DNA of 54,346 nt from an uncultured virus (IMG/VR IMGVR_UViG_3300028394_003206) (taxonomy: Duplodnaviria; Heunggongvirae; Uroviricota; Caudoviricetes), in IMG/VR virus record IMGVR_UViG_3300028394_003206. The stretch is one strand, 5' to 3'. Position 1 is the stretch's first letter. Each line of letters opens with the position of its first letter. This document shows positions 1 to 9,791 of the stretch, in pieces. Below the pieces are notes generated by a model. That model did not search any database and was not told where the DNA came from. It was given only the letters and a program-made list of their open reading frames with translations. Both the position numbers and the translations under genes were made by a program.

Positions 1-1103
1 TTAAAATCTTTTCCACCATTAGCTACATAATATATTCGTCTTTCACTACAACCCATTTTTTCAACTAATGTTTTAAATAATTTCATTTTAACAGTTCCAC
101 CTGCTAATTTAAAATTATTATCTAATTTCTTAATATCATCTGGGTAGTTTGTTTTAAGAGAGTTTGTTAATAAATTTTCCAATATTTTAGAGTTTAAAAC
201 TACAATTTTAGTTTCCATCCATTCATTTACTACTCTTTCAACATCCATGAAACACATTTCTTTATTTTTCCATATTTCAGATATTAAATCAGAGAATTTT
301 AGAATATTCTTATCAAATTCTTTAATAAATTCGCCTAGGTGTTTAAATTTAGGATCAGTGTGTCTTATATCAAAATATTCAAAATATCCCATTGTATCAA
401 TTCTTCTTGGGTCTATGAATTTTTCAATATGACTTTGTATATCTTTATTAGCATTTTCATATATGTTTCTAACCCATTCTTGTGTTAATTTATTCCATTT
501 CTGGATATATTCTTCACCATATAACTTCTCAATATCATTTCCAATTAAATCATCAGCAAATGTATTAAAAGAAGCAGTTTTTTGATTTGATATATTTTTA
601 TTTAAATAAAAAGAATATTGATTACCATCTTTCATTTCAATAACAATATCTTCTTTATAATCATCCTTTTTATTAGGACCTAACCAATAAATTGTTTTGA
701 TATCATCTGAATTTAATTTCTCATCACCAAATAATTTATCTTGAATAGAACGAGCAGTATTTCTAGCATTAACCAATTTATCCCAATCAACTTCTATATT
801 AAATTCTAAATCTTGGAAGATTTGGTTTATCTTAGCTGTTTCATCATCTATTTCACATTTATCATTGATAAATTGACCCAATTTCAATCTAGAACCTCCT
901 AAAATTAAGTTTTTCAAATCTGTTAAGAATATCTGTGAATTCTCTGAATATCTTGCTTTTAAACCCATATCTAATATAGGATTTAAAAAATCATTGTTCA
1001 ATAGAACCATTGATGTGCATATTTCATGAACAATATTTTTTGATGTATATTTATTATTATCTATTGCTTCTTTGAATAATTTATAATTCTTTAAAAATTT
1101 CAT
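1..1103 (-). CDS. Hypothetical protein, runs off the window edge; N-terminal capsid-targeting-like tag
   Basis: Not in ORF track because truncated. ATG at 1103 gives MKFLKNYKLFKEAIDNNKY..., open to position 1; palindromic TAATATATA promoter at 1121-1136. Confidence 0.85.
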   Translation of the reverse strand, partial: MKFLKNYKLFKEAIDNNKYTSKNIVHEICTSMVLLNNDFLNPILDMGLKARYSENSQIFLTDLKNLILGGSRLKLGQFINDKCEIDDETAKINQIFQDLEFNIEVDWDKLVNARNTARSIQDKLFGDEKLNSDDIKTIYWLGPNKKDDYKEDIVIEMKDGNQYSFYLNKNISNQKTASFNTFADDLIGNDIEKLYGEEYIQKWNKLTQEWVRNIYENANKDIQSHIEKFIDPRRIDTMGYFEYFDIRHTDPKFKHLGEFIKEFDKNILKFSDLISEIWKNKEMCFMDVERVVNEWMETKIVVLNSKILENLLTNSLKTNYPDDIKKLDNNFKLAGGTVKMKLFKTLVEKMGCSERRIYYVANGGKDF

Positions 1104-1120
1104 AATCTGAATAACTATTT

Positions 1121-1182
1121 TTAATATATATATTAAATTATTATTACACAATTATAATTTTCAATAGAAATTTTAATATATA
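1121..1182. promoter_or_regulatory. Divergent putative phage late promoters (TAATATATA)
   Basis: Palindrome TTAATATATATATTAA at 1121-1136 and TAATATATA at 1174-1182, 4 nt before ATG 1187; motif recurs at more than 15 gene starts. Confidence 0.7.
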
Positions 1183-1186
1183 TATT

Positions 1187-1819
1187 ATGAAATATTTAAA
1201 AACATATAAAAATTATTTAGAATCTGTACAAATAGATTTAGAATATGATGCAATTGATTTAATGGAATCTCTTAATATATGGTATGATTCATTATTGAAT
1301 ATTATAGATGCTAAAGAAGTTGATATGGAAAAAGAATTTGATCTATCAGATTCATTTCATGAATTAGACACTGATATTGATAATCTTAATATAGATGTAA
1401 AATTTATTTCATCTTTAACTAAAAAGGGATTGAAAAAATCTAAAGTGGAAAATACAGATGATTATGAATCATTTATTAATAAACCATTTAAATTTATGAT
1501 GATTTATAATATAAATTCTAATGAATTGGAAAATCCAGAATATATGGTAATGCAAATATGGAATAATTCATTGAAAAAATGGGATAAGACCAAATTATTT
1601 AAAATAAATGGAGATATTAAAAAATTCTATGATAAATTATCTTCTAAAACAATTGAAATTTTAGATGGTGATAAAAATTATATTTACACAACATCTAATG
1701 CTAATGAATGGATTTTACAAAATGTAGAAGATGAAAATGATATATATAAAAAATATTTCAGAAAAGAAGAATTTGAACAATTGTTAAATGATAGAAAAAT
1801 CAAATTAAATATAATATAA
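1187..1819 (+). CDS. Hypothetical protein with capsid-targeting-like N-terminus
   Basis: 210 aa, MKYLKTYKNYLES; late-type promoter. Confidence 0.8.
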   Translation: MKYLKTYKNYLESVQIDLEYDAIDLMESLNIWYDSLLNIIDAKEVDMEKEFDLSDSFHELDTDIDNLNIDVKFISSLTKKGLKKSKVENTDDYESFINKPFKFMMIYNINSNELENPEYMVMQIWNNSLKKWDKTKLFKINGDIKKFYDKLSSKTIEILDGDKNYIYTTSNANEWILQNVEDENDIYKKYFRKEEFEQLLNDRKIKLNII

Positions 1820-1833
1820 AATAAAAATTAACT

Positions 1834-2268
1834 ATGGGACATATTAAAACCTTTGAAAATTATTTAGAAACTTTAAATGAAGACACTAGCGCAACCGGTG
1901 GTTTGGCAGTTGGTGGAATGGGAGCAGTTGTTTCCGCACAACCTTCTTCATTACCAGGAACAACAGTTGGTCCGGCTTTTGCTAATACTGGTGGAACTAT
2001 TGGTTCTGGTGATATAAGTATTCCATTTAATGGAACTAATGGTGATAATGTATATCAAAAATTAGCAGCTCCTAAAGTTATGGGTAAAAATCATGGTTCT
2101 AGAACTGGTAAAAAATCTAGAGAGAAAAAGTTAGATATGAAAGCATTGAAAAACATATTTGCTAAACGCCAAGATTATACAAATGGTGAAGGTAATGTTG
2201 ATAGACCTAGTAAAGTTATGAATTTTGATGACTTTAAAAAAAATGACATTAATCAAATTAAAAAGTAG
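1834..2268 (+). CDS. Gly-rich hypothetical protein, putative internal head protein
   Basis: MGHIKTFENYLETLNE followed by a Gly/Ala/Thr-rich low-complexity segment. Confidence 0.75.
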   Translation: MGHIKTFENYLETLNEDTSATGGLAVGGMGAVVSAQPSSLPGTTVGPAFANTGGTIGSGDISIPFNGTNGDNVYQKLAAPKVMGKNHGSRTGKKSREKKLDMKALKNIFAKRQDYTNGEGNVDRPSKVMNFDDFKKNDINQIKK

Positions 2269-2298
2269 TTTTATATTTTAAAATCTAAAAAAGTTTAT

Positions 2299-2306
2299 TA
2301 TATTTG
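2299..2306 (+). promoter_or_regulatory. Bacteroidota-type primary-sigma promoter -7 element (TATATTTG)
   Basis: TAnnTTTG upstream of ATG 2328. Also at 4785, 8688, 15895, 20392, 24719, 26941, 27143, 31853, 33077, 38542, 41694, 41784, 45943, 48098, 50016, 53245, all on +. Confidence 0.8.
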
Positions 2307-2327
2307 TATCATATAAATGATAAAGAT

Positions 2328-3536
2328 ATGAAGTTAATTATTACTAAAAGTTTTGAGAAGATTTTAAAAAATATTGACCATTCAATTTCTAAACAAATTT
2401 TAGATATGGTTGGTAAAGATTTAGTTGGTTCTAACAACTTTATTGAGGTTGGTGAAACTAATGATGTTATATCATTCACTGCTGTTAAAAAAGCAAAAGC
2501 TCTTATAGATGATAAAAGTAGATTTATTTATACAAATTCTGCTAAATGTGTTGATTTAGATGATAAAGAAATAATAGATTTATTTGATATAACAGGAATT
2601 GAAACATCAAATTATCTTACACAATGTAATTATTTAACTGGTGATATCCAAGCTGAAGTTTTTTCAGAAAAAAGAGGAGAAACGTTTGCTTTAATTAAAA
2701 TTGAATCCTGGCTTTCAACTAGATTTGCTATTCTTAATAAAAAACTTTTAATGCCAAATTACTCAACAGATTGTGAGAATTTTGATAGTAAGTTCAATGT
2801 TCCAATGGATATGTTAACAACATCTAGAAATAATTTAAAAATTGGAAGATTTGTTAAATCTTTATTACCAGAAATAAAAGATCAAGATTTGGAAAAATTT
2901 GTAAATCTTTACAAATCAACATTTGACACAATTGGTGATAAAATGAAATATTTTGAAGTTGTTGAAGGTGATAGAATTGCAGAATTATACCACTCTAGAA
3001 ATTATGTTTCTGGAAGTGGCACTTTAAACAACTCTTGTATGTCTAGAAAAGGTAAAGCATATTTTAAACTTTATACCAACAATTCAATGGTTAAAATGTT
3101 AATTTTAAAAGATGAAACAGACCAAACAAAAATAAAAGGTAGAGCTATTATGTGGTATTTCCTAAATGAGGAAACCAATGAGTATAATGTTTTCTTGGAT
3201 AGAATTTACACTATTAAAGATTCTGATATAGAATTGTTCAAAAAATATGCTATTAAAAATGGCTTTTGGTTTAAAACACAACAAAATTCATATTCAGAAT
3301 ATATGTCAAATGGAGTTGTTGAAAAAAGAATTAATATTAAAATCGAATTAGATGATATTAAAATTGCTAAATTCCCATATTTAGACACTATACATTACAT
3401 AATGCCTAATATAAAAGTTGCATCTAATATATCTGACTCTAAACAAGATAACTATTGTTGTAGAACAACAAATGGTAGTTATGAATTCAACCAAGGTTAT
3501 AATCATATTGAATTAGAAGAATTATTACCTTTCTAA
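2328..3536 (+). CDS. Phage protein with SCM...GRA.MW...DRIY...PYLDT motifs
   Basis: Track start TTG 2304 lies inside the promoter, so ATG 2328 preferred; motifs LNNSCMS, IKGRAIMW, FLDRIYT, FPYLDT. Confidence 0.8.
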   Translation: MKLIITKSFEKILKNIDHSISKQILDMVGKDLVGSNNFIEVGETNDVISFTAVKKAKALIDDKSRFIYTNSAKCVDLDDKEIIDLFDITGIETSNYLTQCNYLTGDIQAEVFSEKRGETFALIKIESWLSTRFAILNKKLLMPNYSTDCENFDSKFNVPMDMLTTSRNNLKIGRFVKSLLPEIKDQDLEKFVNLYKSTFDTIGDKMKYFEVVEGDRIAELYHSRNYVSGSGTLNNSCMSRKGKAYFKLYTNNSMVKMLILKDETDQTKIKGRAIMWYFLNEETNEYNVFLDRIYTIKDSDIELFKKYAIKNGFWFKTQQNSYSEYMSNGVVEKRINIKIELDDIKIAKFPYLDTIHYIMPNIKVASNISDSKQDNYCCRTTNGSYEFNQGYNHIELEELLPF

Positions 3537-3793
3537 GAAAGGATAATATCTGAATATAAAGGTGAGCGTTTTACAATCTCACTAATTAAATAGTCATCAC
3601 TAACTGTTAATGTGAAGTTAACAGTTAGGTTGACACCTACTAATGATAACTTTTTATTTTCAATTAATGATATAATATCACTCTTGGTTAAGAAAAAACT
3701 TTCTTTACCATATTTAGTTGGCATATCTAAATTACCAATTTTACATAATTGTGTAAATGCACTTTCATTTAAATTAATTTCTCTTATCTCCAT
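3533..3793 (-). CDS. Hypothetical protein
   Basis: Track ORF 3533-3856; ATG 3793 (MEIREINL) preferred because it follows the small ORF 3799-3957. Confidence 0.7.
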   Translation of the reverse strand: MEIREINLNESAFTQLCKIGNLDMPTKYGKESFFLTKSDIISLIENKKLSLVGVNLTVNFTLTVSDDYLISEIVKRSPLYSDIILS

Positions 3794-3798
3794 ATTTT

Positions 3799-3957
3799 TT
3801 AATTTTGTTTTAAAATAACAGTTGCTATAATGATTAGTATAAGTTGTAAAAACCAACTAAAGCTAAACATTGGTATTTTAGATTCTGGTTTTCTATTAAT
3901 ATCACATGCCATAAAAATCATAAGGTATGCTAAAAAATCAATTATAAATATTGTCAT
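3799..3957 (-). CDS. Small two-helix membrane protein (52 aa)
   Basis: Manual translation MTIFIIDFLAYLMIFMACDINRKPESKIPMFSFSWFLQLILIIIATVILKQN; two hydrophobic stretches. Confidence 0.6.
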   Translation of the reverse strand: MTIFIIDFLAYLMIFMACDINRKPESKIPMFSFSWFLQLILIIIATVILKQN

Positions 3958-4015
3958 AGGATGTATATTTATATATATTTAAAAAGTTGTAAAATATATT
4001 TAATATATATAAATT

Positions 4016-4732
4016 ATGGGAGATATTACAGTTGCTATTCAAATTTTGAAAGATTATGGTATATGGGGTTTTATAGCTGTTTTTATTTATATTTTAATAA
4101 AAACTGAACTATTTAAAAAAATGTGGAGCTATCTATCTGATAAATTTATTGAAAATTTTATGAAAAAAAAGGTTAAAGATTTAGATTCATCCAAAGTAAC
4201 TGAATCTGATATAATAAACCATGATATTTTCAATTATATTGATTTTTGGAGATATTCTAAAATACCTACAATTAACTTCTCAACTGAATACAGAACAGCA
4301 GTTTTTAGAAAATATTTAACAATTTTTCTAAAAGGTTATAAAGAAAATTTATCTAATTTTGCAAAATCAGGTGAATTCAAAACAATGGATGATGCCCAAA
4401 TATGGAAAACACTTTTAGATTTGATAAATAGAATTATTTATGATTATGAAAAAGAAATGATTGACACTGGAATTCCAAAAATAATTGTCGATAAAATGAA
4501 AGCTAAAAATAATGATACAATCACTTTAATAATAGATTTAATAGAAGGTATTTGTAATTCACATTTCTATCATTCAGATAATAATTATTTAAAAGTATAT
4601 TCAATTTTAAATATAATTTTATCAGTTTTAGAGAATACTATACAAAGTGCTGATACAGTTTGTAATTCAATAAATGGTGCCTTGTCAGGACTTACATTTG
4701 AAGGTTACACCGAACCAAATTCAAAACATTAA
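4016..4732 (+). CDS. Membrane-anchored protein with one N-terminal TM (possible holin-like late protein)
   Basis: YGIWGFIAVFIYILIK TM then soluble domain; TAATATATA at 4001-4009. Holin role is a guess from topology only. Confidence 0.5.
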   Translation: MGDITVAIQILKDYGIWGFIAVFIYILIKTELFKKMWSYLSDKFIENFMKKKVKDLDSSKVTESDIINHDIFNYIDFWRYSKIPTINFSTEYRTAVFRKYLTIFLKGYKENLSNFAKSGEFKTMDDAQIWKTLLDLINRIIYDYEKEMIDTGIPKIIVDKMKAKNNDTITLIIDLIEGICNSHFYHSDNNYLKVYSILNIILSVLENTIQSADTVCNSINGALSGLTFEGYTEPNSKH

Positions 4733-4820
4733 AAATATATAAAAATGTGGACAACTGTCCATTGTGGAAACTAAATAGATGTATTATATTTGTATTATAA
4801 ACAAATAAAAATAATATATT

Positions 4821-5144
4821 ATGAATAATAATAAAATAATTGCGGATTATTTAGTGAAAAAATCAGAAATGTCGATTGATAAAATGGGGTGGTATATTGA
4901 TCATGAAACAAATATCCCTTATCTAAACCCACCTTTTGATAAATCCTGGGATATGCTTATTTTTGCCTGGTATGTATTTACAACTGAACAATGGGATAAT
5001 GGAATTAATATAACTTATATAATAGAAGATTTTAATGATTGTGTAGTTAGAAATGCACCTAAAACAGCTTGTGAAATATTATCAAATTCGATTCTTAAAA
5101 GATCAATTTGTAATAATGTGACAAAAAAAATAAAGGGGATTTAA
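4821..5144 (+). CDS. Hypothetical protein
   Basis: 107 aa behind TAnnTTTG promoter at 4785. Confidence 0.75.
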   Translation: MNNNKIIADYLVKKSEMSIDKMGWYIDHETNIPYLNPPFDKSWDMLIFAWYVFTTEQWDNGINITYIIEDFNDCVVRNAPKTACEILSNSILKRSICNNVTKKIKGI

Positions 5145-5156
5145 AATCCCCTTTAT
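5130..5156. terminator. Bidirectional intrinsic terminator
   Basis: TAAAGGGGATT/AATCCCCTTTA hairpin between convergent genes. Confidence 0.75.
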
Positions 5157-5159
5157 TAA

Positions 5160-6464
5160 TTATTTTACTAATCTACTTAAAAATAATTTAAGAGTTTCCA
5201 ATGTTTTAATAGTTTGTTCATTATTAGCTCTGATTAATTTATAATAATCACAATCTCTAATAAATTCTAAAAATGTGTAACTAGAACTTGATTCACATTT
5301 ATTAGTAATCATACTTATTTTATGTTTTAAAATCTCTAAATCTTCGAAGAACTCCATTTCTTTAAATAACCCGGAACCTATTATTTTACCAATTTCTAAT
5401 ATTTCATTGGCAATTTTAATTTTTTCAACATCATCTTTTATAGATGGGTTATTATAAACATGTCTCAAAATAAATGATTTATAATTATTTGATAATTCAT
5501 ATAATTCTTTTACTCTATTATTTATAGCAGAAATATAAACTTCATCATTTGATTGTAAATAAGAAGTTATATAACTATATAATGTATTGAATTTTGATAA
5601 AACTTCTCTATTCATAATAAAATATAATGAATATTCATTTCTAAACAAGATAGGTAGTAATTTGAAAAACTTTTCAAGCCCATTTTCAATATCAACATTT
5701 GTTAATTTATCCATATACCTTTTAATATTCATTTTTTTAATATCTTCAGGTAATTGTAAACTAATAGCACCTTTTCTATTTTCAATTCTATTTTTTCTTA
5801 TATCATTTACTGGTGTATAATTTATATTTATTAATTTCTCTAAATCTAAAACTATTGCAAAATTTGCATTTTCTAATGTATGTTCATAAGAATATGCATT
5901 ATATAATCTCTTATTATAATATATGTAATCATCTTTTAATTCAATAATATTTATATCATAATTATTAAATTTTAATTCTGATAATCTATAAGCATAATTT
6001 CCATATTTCCTAAAATCATTTCCAACTGGTTCATCTCGGTAGCTTCTATAAAATGATTCACGATTTACAAACCAAATTTCTCTATTTCTATCAATATATA
6101 AAGTTCCTATGATATTATTATCATTTTTATCATGTATTAATAATTTACTTTCATTTTCAATTCCAACTTTTTTCTCTAACTCTTTTATTAGTTTTACTCT
6201 AGTTTTATCTGCTCTATCCGGATTATATATAAATTCTTCTAACTTTGATTTTATATCATCACCAATATTATATGATTTTATATCATTAGGATTTATAGAT
6301 TTAGTACCATCTACATATGTTGTTGTTATATAACCACTATCAATATTAAACCAAAATTTATAAAATGCTATATCATTATTATAAGTTGGTTTAAATTCTA
6401 ATTTACCAGTTTGATTACATTTATCACAATTAGTTTTTCTATGACCAGTTCCCCATTTTTTCAT
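5160..6464 (-). CDS. C-terminal part of a DnaJ-type Zn-finger (CxxCxxxG) protein split by a 71-bp insertion
   Basis: Begins MKKWGTGHRKTNCDKCNQTGK; in-frame upstream codons read DGSGFF. Confidence 0.75.
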   Translation of the reverse strand: MKKWGTGHRKTNCDKCNQTGKLEFKPTYNNDIAFYKFWFNIDSGYITTTYVDGTKSINPNDIKSYNIGDDIKSKLEEFIYNPDRADKTRVKLIKELEKKVGIENESKLLIHDKNDNNIIGTLYIDRNREIWFVNRESFYRSYRDEPVGNDFRKYGNYAYRLSELKFNNYDINIIELKDDYIYYNKRLYNAYSYEHTLENANFAIVLDLEKLININYTPVNDIRKNRIENRKGAISLQLPEDIKKMNIKRYMDKLTNVDIENGLEKFFKLLPILFRNEYSLYFIMNREVLSKFNTLYSYITSYLQSNDEVYISAINNRVKELYELSNNYKSFILRHVYNNPSIKDDVEKIKIANEILEIGKIIGSGLFKEMEFFEDLEILKHKISMITNKCESSSSYTFLEFIRDCDYYKLIRANNEQTIKTLETLKLFLSRLVK

Positions 6465-6480
6465 AAAAAATCCTGAACCA

Positions 6481-6551
6481 TCAATATCAAAGTTAAGGGT
6501 AATTATTCAAATTTCCATCGTTGTTGTTTTTTTGTAAAAAAAAAAAAGTCC
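6481..6551 (-). mobile_element. 71-bp insertion carrying T12 and a TAACTTTG host-type promoter
   Basis: Removing it fuses 6802..6552 to 6480..5160 in frame and restores CDKCDGSG; TGA at both junctions. Confidence 0.65.
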
Positions 6552-6802
6552 TCACATTTATCACAATCAACCATTTGTGTTTCTATGCCAATTTTAATAG
6601 CTTTGTTATAACCAACATAACTTAACGAATCTTCATTTATTTTAGATAAAGGCATGTTTAATCTTTCACATAAATTTTTCAATTCATCTAAAAAGACATT
6701 CTTTTGAGATTTAGTTGGTAAATATCTCATAACAGAATTTAAAGTATTTGAGTCAAAAGCCTCATTTATTTTAAAATTATTATATTTTATTATATGTTTC
6801 AT
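6503..6802 (-). CDS. N-terminal part of the split gene (capsid-targeting-like tag plus first CxxC)
   Basis: MKHIIKYNNFKINEA...VDCDKC, then reads into the insertion and stops. Confidence 0.7.
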   Translation of the reverse strand: MKHIIKYNNFKINEAFDSNTLNSVMRYLPTKSQKNVFLDELKNLCERLNMPLSKINEDSLSYVGYNKAIKIGIETQMVDCDKCEDFFFFTKKQQRWKFE

Positions 6803-6811
6803 AATCTTTTT

Positions 6812-8605
6812 TTATTTTACTATTAATCCTTTTATTTCTACATTTACTTTTTTGTTTTTCAATTCAGAAATGTATTGTTTATTTTCAGAAATTAAATCTC
6901 CAGAAATAGTTAATTTATTAAACTTTGTAGTAGATAACAATTCTTTTAAATCACCATCATAAGAGTAAAGTAATTCCAATTCATTAATTTCTAAATTTAT
7001 GAAAAACTCTTCTTTTATTTCACAAGAAATAAAACTTAGATTTTCAACATTACCAAAAACTTCTTTAATATTAAAATTTGATATTTTACTTAAATCACAT
7101 CTTTCAAATGATATTTTTGTAGATTTAATCTTATTGAAAATTTCAATATCATATATTTTAATATTTTTAAATTTAATCCAATCTAAATCAAAATTATATT
7201 TGAAGAAATCTAATGGAAGTTCAGTATTATCTACAATAATTTCTTTTAATGAATTCTTTTCACTTATTTTAATATTTTTCCAATTTGTATCGGAATTAAA
7301 ATTGATTTGTTTAATATTCTGTCCAACTAATATACCAGTTTTAATATCAAGAGCATCTTGGTATGGATATGTCAATCCACCATTATGAAAATCATCATAA
7401 TCAACATCAGGTGTGAATAAATAACTTCTTGGGTTTATTCCACCATCAACTGTTCTTTCAAATGAACCTTGCATTTCATTTTTACTATATTTTTCAACCA
7501 TTATATCCATAATATCTTTCATTCTATCAGGATATGTTCTATCAAAAAATAAAATAGTATTTTCATCATCACTATAATTTTCAATATTTCTAATAACCAT
7601 TCTAGTCAATGGTATATAATCAGTTATTTTTAAACGACTACCATCTTCTTTAATTTCATACAAAGGTGTGTCAAATAATAAAAATGCTGGTATTGTATTT
7701 GGATCAAATACATTTGCTAATAATTTCTTATTATAATCACCATTATATCTATCAGTGTATAAAAATTGACAAGATGTGTAAAATTTAGACATAGACATAT
7801 TTAAAATAGATTTAGGATCATGTTTTATATACAAATACATATCTTTATCAAAAAGACTAAAATCTGTTGTTATATTCATATATTCTTCACTATCACTAAT
7901 CTCTTGTTTTCTGAATTCACCAGTTCCTAAATTTCTAAGTGATTGAATTGGATAATCCTGGAAAAAATAATCTATGTTTATAGAATCTTCTTCAGAGTAA
8001 CATTTATTATAATCTTCTGAAAATGTTATTATATCAACATAATTATTTGTGAAAACAGGTGCACCAATTTCTTTTTCAATTTTTATTATATTACCATTTT
8101 CATCTTTTACAGGTCTACCATTTTCATCTTTTTGAATCATCTCTTTACCCTTAGTTTCATTAACTGATAATTTTCTAAAAACTTTTTCAAAAATAGCAAT
8201 CATTTGGTCTATTGATGGATTTTTAATATCTAAATCCTTTAATACATTTTTAGCTGTTTTAAATTCATTTTGTGCTGAATCATAATCTAAAGATTTTGAC
8301 AAAATTTCAGTAAATTTATCTGGTAAATTTTCAAATTGTTTTTGTTTTTGCTCTAATCTACCATAATTCAAATTAAAAAAAGTATCTAGAATTTTAAATT
8401 TATCTTCTTTAGAAATCTTCCATTTACCTTGTTCAATTTTTTTAGTTGGTTCAATTTCTTTATAATCTAAATATTTTTCACCCCATTTTTGAGCAACTCT
8501 ATTAATCTCTTTATCTGATAATGAATTTCTTATTGGATCACCAACAGCCATCTCATTAAGTTTCATTTCTTTTATAAATCTAGTTCTTGATTTTAACCAC
8601 TTCAT
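6812..8605 (-). CDS. Large hypothetical protein with SCQ...RMVIR...DRTYP motifs and LRR-like C-terminus
   Basis: 597 aa; MKWLKSRTRFIKEMKLNE start; motif order resembles 2328-3536. Confidence 0.8.
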   Translation of the reverse strand: MKWLKSRTRFIKEMKLNEMAVGDPIRNSLSDKEINRVAQKWGEKYLDYKEIEPTKKIEQGKWKISKEDKFKILDTFFNLNYGRLEQKQKQFENLPDKFTEILSKSLDYDSAQNEFKTAKNVLKDLDIKNPSIDQMIAIFEKVFRKLSVNETKGKEMIQKDENGRPVKDENGNIIKIEKEIGAPVFTNNYVDIITFSEDYNKCYSEEDSINIDYFFQDYPIQSLRNLGTGEFRKQEISDSEEYMNITTDFSLFDKDMYLYIKHDPKSILNMSMSKFYTSCQFLYTDRYNGDYNKKLLANVFDPNTIPAFLLFDTPLYEIKEDGSRLKITDYIPLTRMVIRNIENYSDDENTILFFDRTYPDRMKDIMDIMVEKYSKNEMQGSFERTVDGGINPRSYLFTPDVDYDDFHNGGLTYPYQDALDIKTGILVGQNIKQINFNSDTNWKNIKISEKNSLKEIIVDNTELPLDFFKYNFDLDWIKFKNIKIYDIEIFNKIKSTKISFERCDLSKISNFNIKEVFGNVENLSFISCEIKEEFFINLEINELELLYSYDGDLKELLSTTKFNKLTISGDLISENKQYISELKNKKVNVEIKGLIVK

Positions 8606-8708
8606 GTTTTATATAATATTTTATAATTTTATATACTATATATAAATTTTTATATCTCAAAATAAATTTTATATAAAATATTTTTTATATATTTGTAAAA
8701 ATATTAAT

Positions 8709-9791
8709 ATGGAAGAAACTGTAAAATCATTAGAACCTATAATTGGTGAATTTAAACCAAAACGTAAATTTTTAAATTTTATATCTGCTGTAAATGGAGC
8801 TAGAATTAGATTTATTAGAAATGAAGCTTTTATAAAAGGTAGTAAATTATCGGGTATTTTAGATAACACTAATTTTAAAATAACTATTTGTGATGAAGGA
8901 ACTATTAACTTTGAAGAGATTGGTTCATCTTTATCAGATAAAGCAATGAGAGGTCGTTTATTAAGTGAAATAGATGATATGAAAGTTGTTGGTTATGCAC
9001 AAAAGTTTGTAATCCAAGATTTAGAATTTACTGATGAAAATGGGGATCGTTGCTACCTAGAAGTAGAAAATGAAAAACCTATTGATAAATTGAAAGGTAT
9101 TATGAATAACACTCCTAAAATTTCTAAAAAAGGATTGTCAGCATTAGAATCGCTTTTTGGCAATTTTGATGAAGAAGAAAATGAAGAAAATGAAATTATT
9201 GTTGAAGAGAAATCAATTAAAAATGAAACATCATCATATATTGAAGAATCATTTAAAAAAATGAATGAAGCTAAAATATTAGAACTTGAATATAAAATTG
9301 AAGAGAAAGAGAAAGAAGTTATCCGATCAAAGAATGATATCACTAATTCAGAAAATAAAATAGAAAAATCTCAAAAAGATATTGAACTGTTAAAATCTAG
9401 ATTAAAATCATTAAAAACCAAAAAAGTTAAAAATGGATTTTTATATAATGTTTCTGAAGAACAAAAATTTGATATAGAATTAGATGATAAAACAGTAGAA
9501 ATTGCTAATAAGATTGCTGATCTTATGAAACTTAAAAAAGATGTTTTATTAGATTATTTAAAAGAAGGTTTTTATTTAATTAAATTTAAAAATGATGAAA
9601 ATTTGGATTTATCTAAATTAAATTCTATTGATGTAATGGGTAAATTCACATTAGAGGAAACATCTAAAACTGAAAAAACCATTAAATATGTTGGTGAATT
9701 AAAATGGAAAGAATTAGTAGATGGTTTGGAAGAATTAGGTTTTGAAAAAGATGAAGATTTACTAAAATTTGAAAAAGATGAGCAGATTTAA
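8709..9791 (+). CDS. Coiled-coil hypothetical protein
   Basis: 360 aa, E/K-rich heptad region; promoter at 8688. Confidence 0.8.
   Translation: MEETVKSLEPIIGEFKPKRKFLNFISAVNGARIRFIRNEAFIKGSKLSGILDNTNFKITICDEGTINFEEIGSSLSDKAMRGRLLSEIDDMKVVGYAQKFVIQDLEFTDENGDRCYLEVENEKPIDKLKGIMNNTPKISKKGLSALESLFGNFDEEENEENEIIVEEKSIKNETSSYIEESFKKMNEAKILELEYKIEEKEKEVIRSKNDITNSENKIEKSQKDIELLKSRLKSLKTKKVKNGFLYNVSEEQKFDIELDDKTVEIANKIADLMKLKKDVLLDYLKEGFYLIKFKNDENLDLSKLNSIDVMGKFTLEETSKTEKTIKYVGELKWKELVDGLEELGFEKDEDLLKFEKDEQI

Noticed and set aside
600..700. PD-(D/E)xK nuclease call for the edge ORF (KEDIVIEMKDGNQYSFYLNK)
   Set aside because: Partial resemblance only; the catalytic motif is not convincing and the gene is truncated.
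6503..6547. Programmed frameshift on the T12 run, or T4 gene-60-like ribosome bypass, joining 6802 and 6464
   Set aside because: The downstream frame has a TGA between the T-run and ATG 6464, and there is no matching GAA landing codon after the stop; a clean 71-bp insertion fits better.
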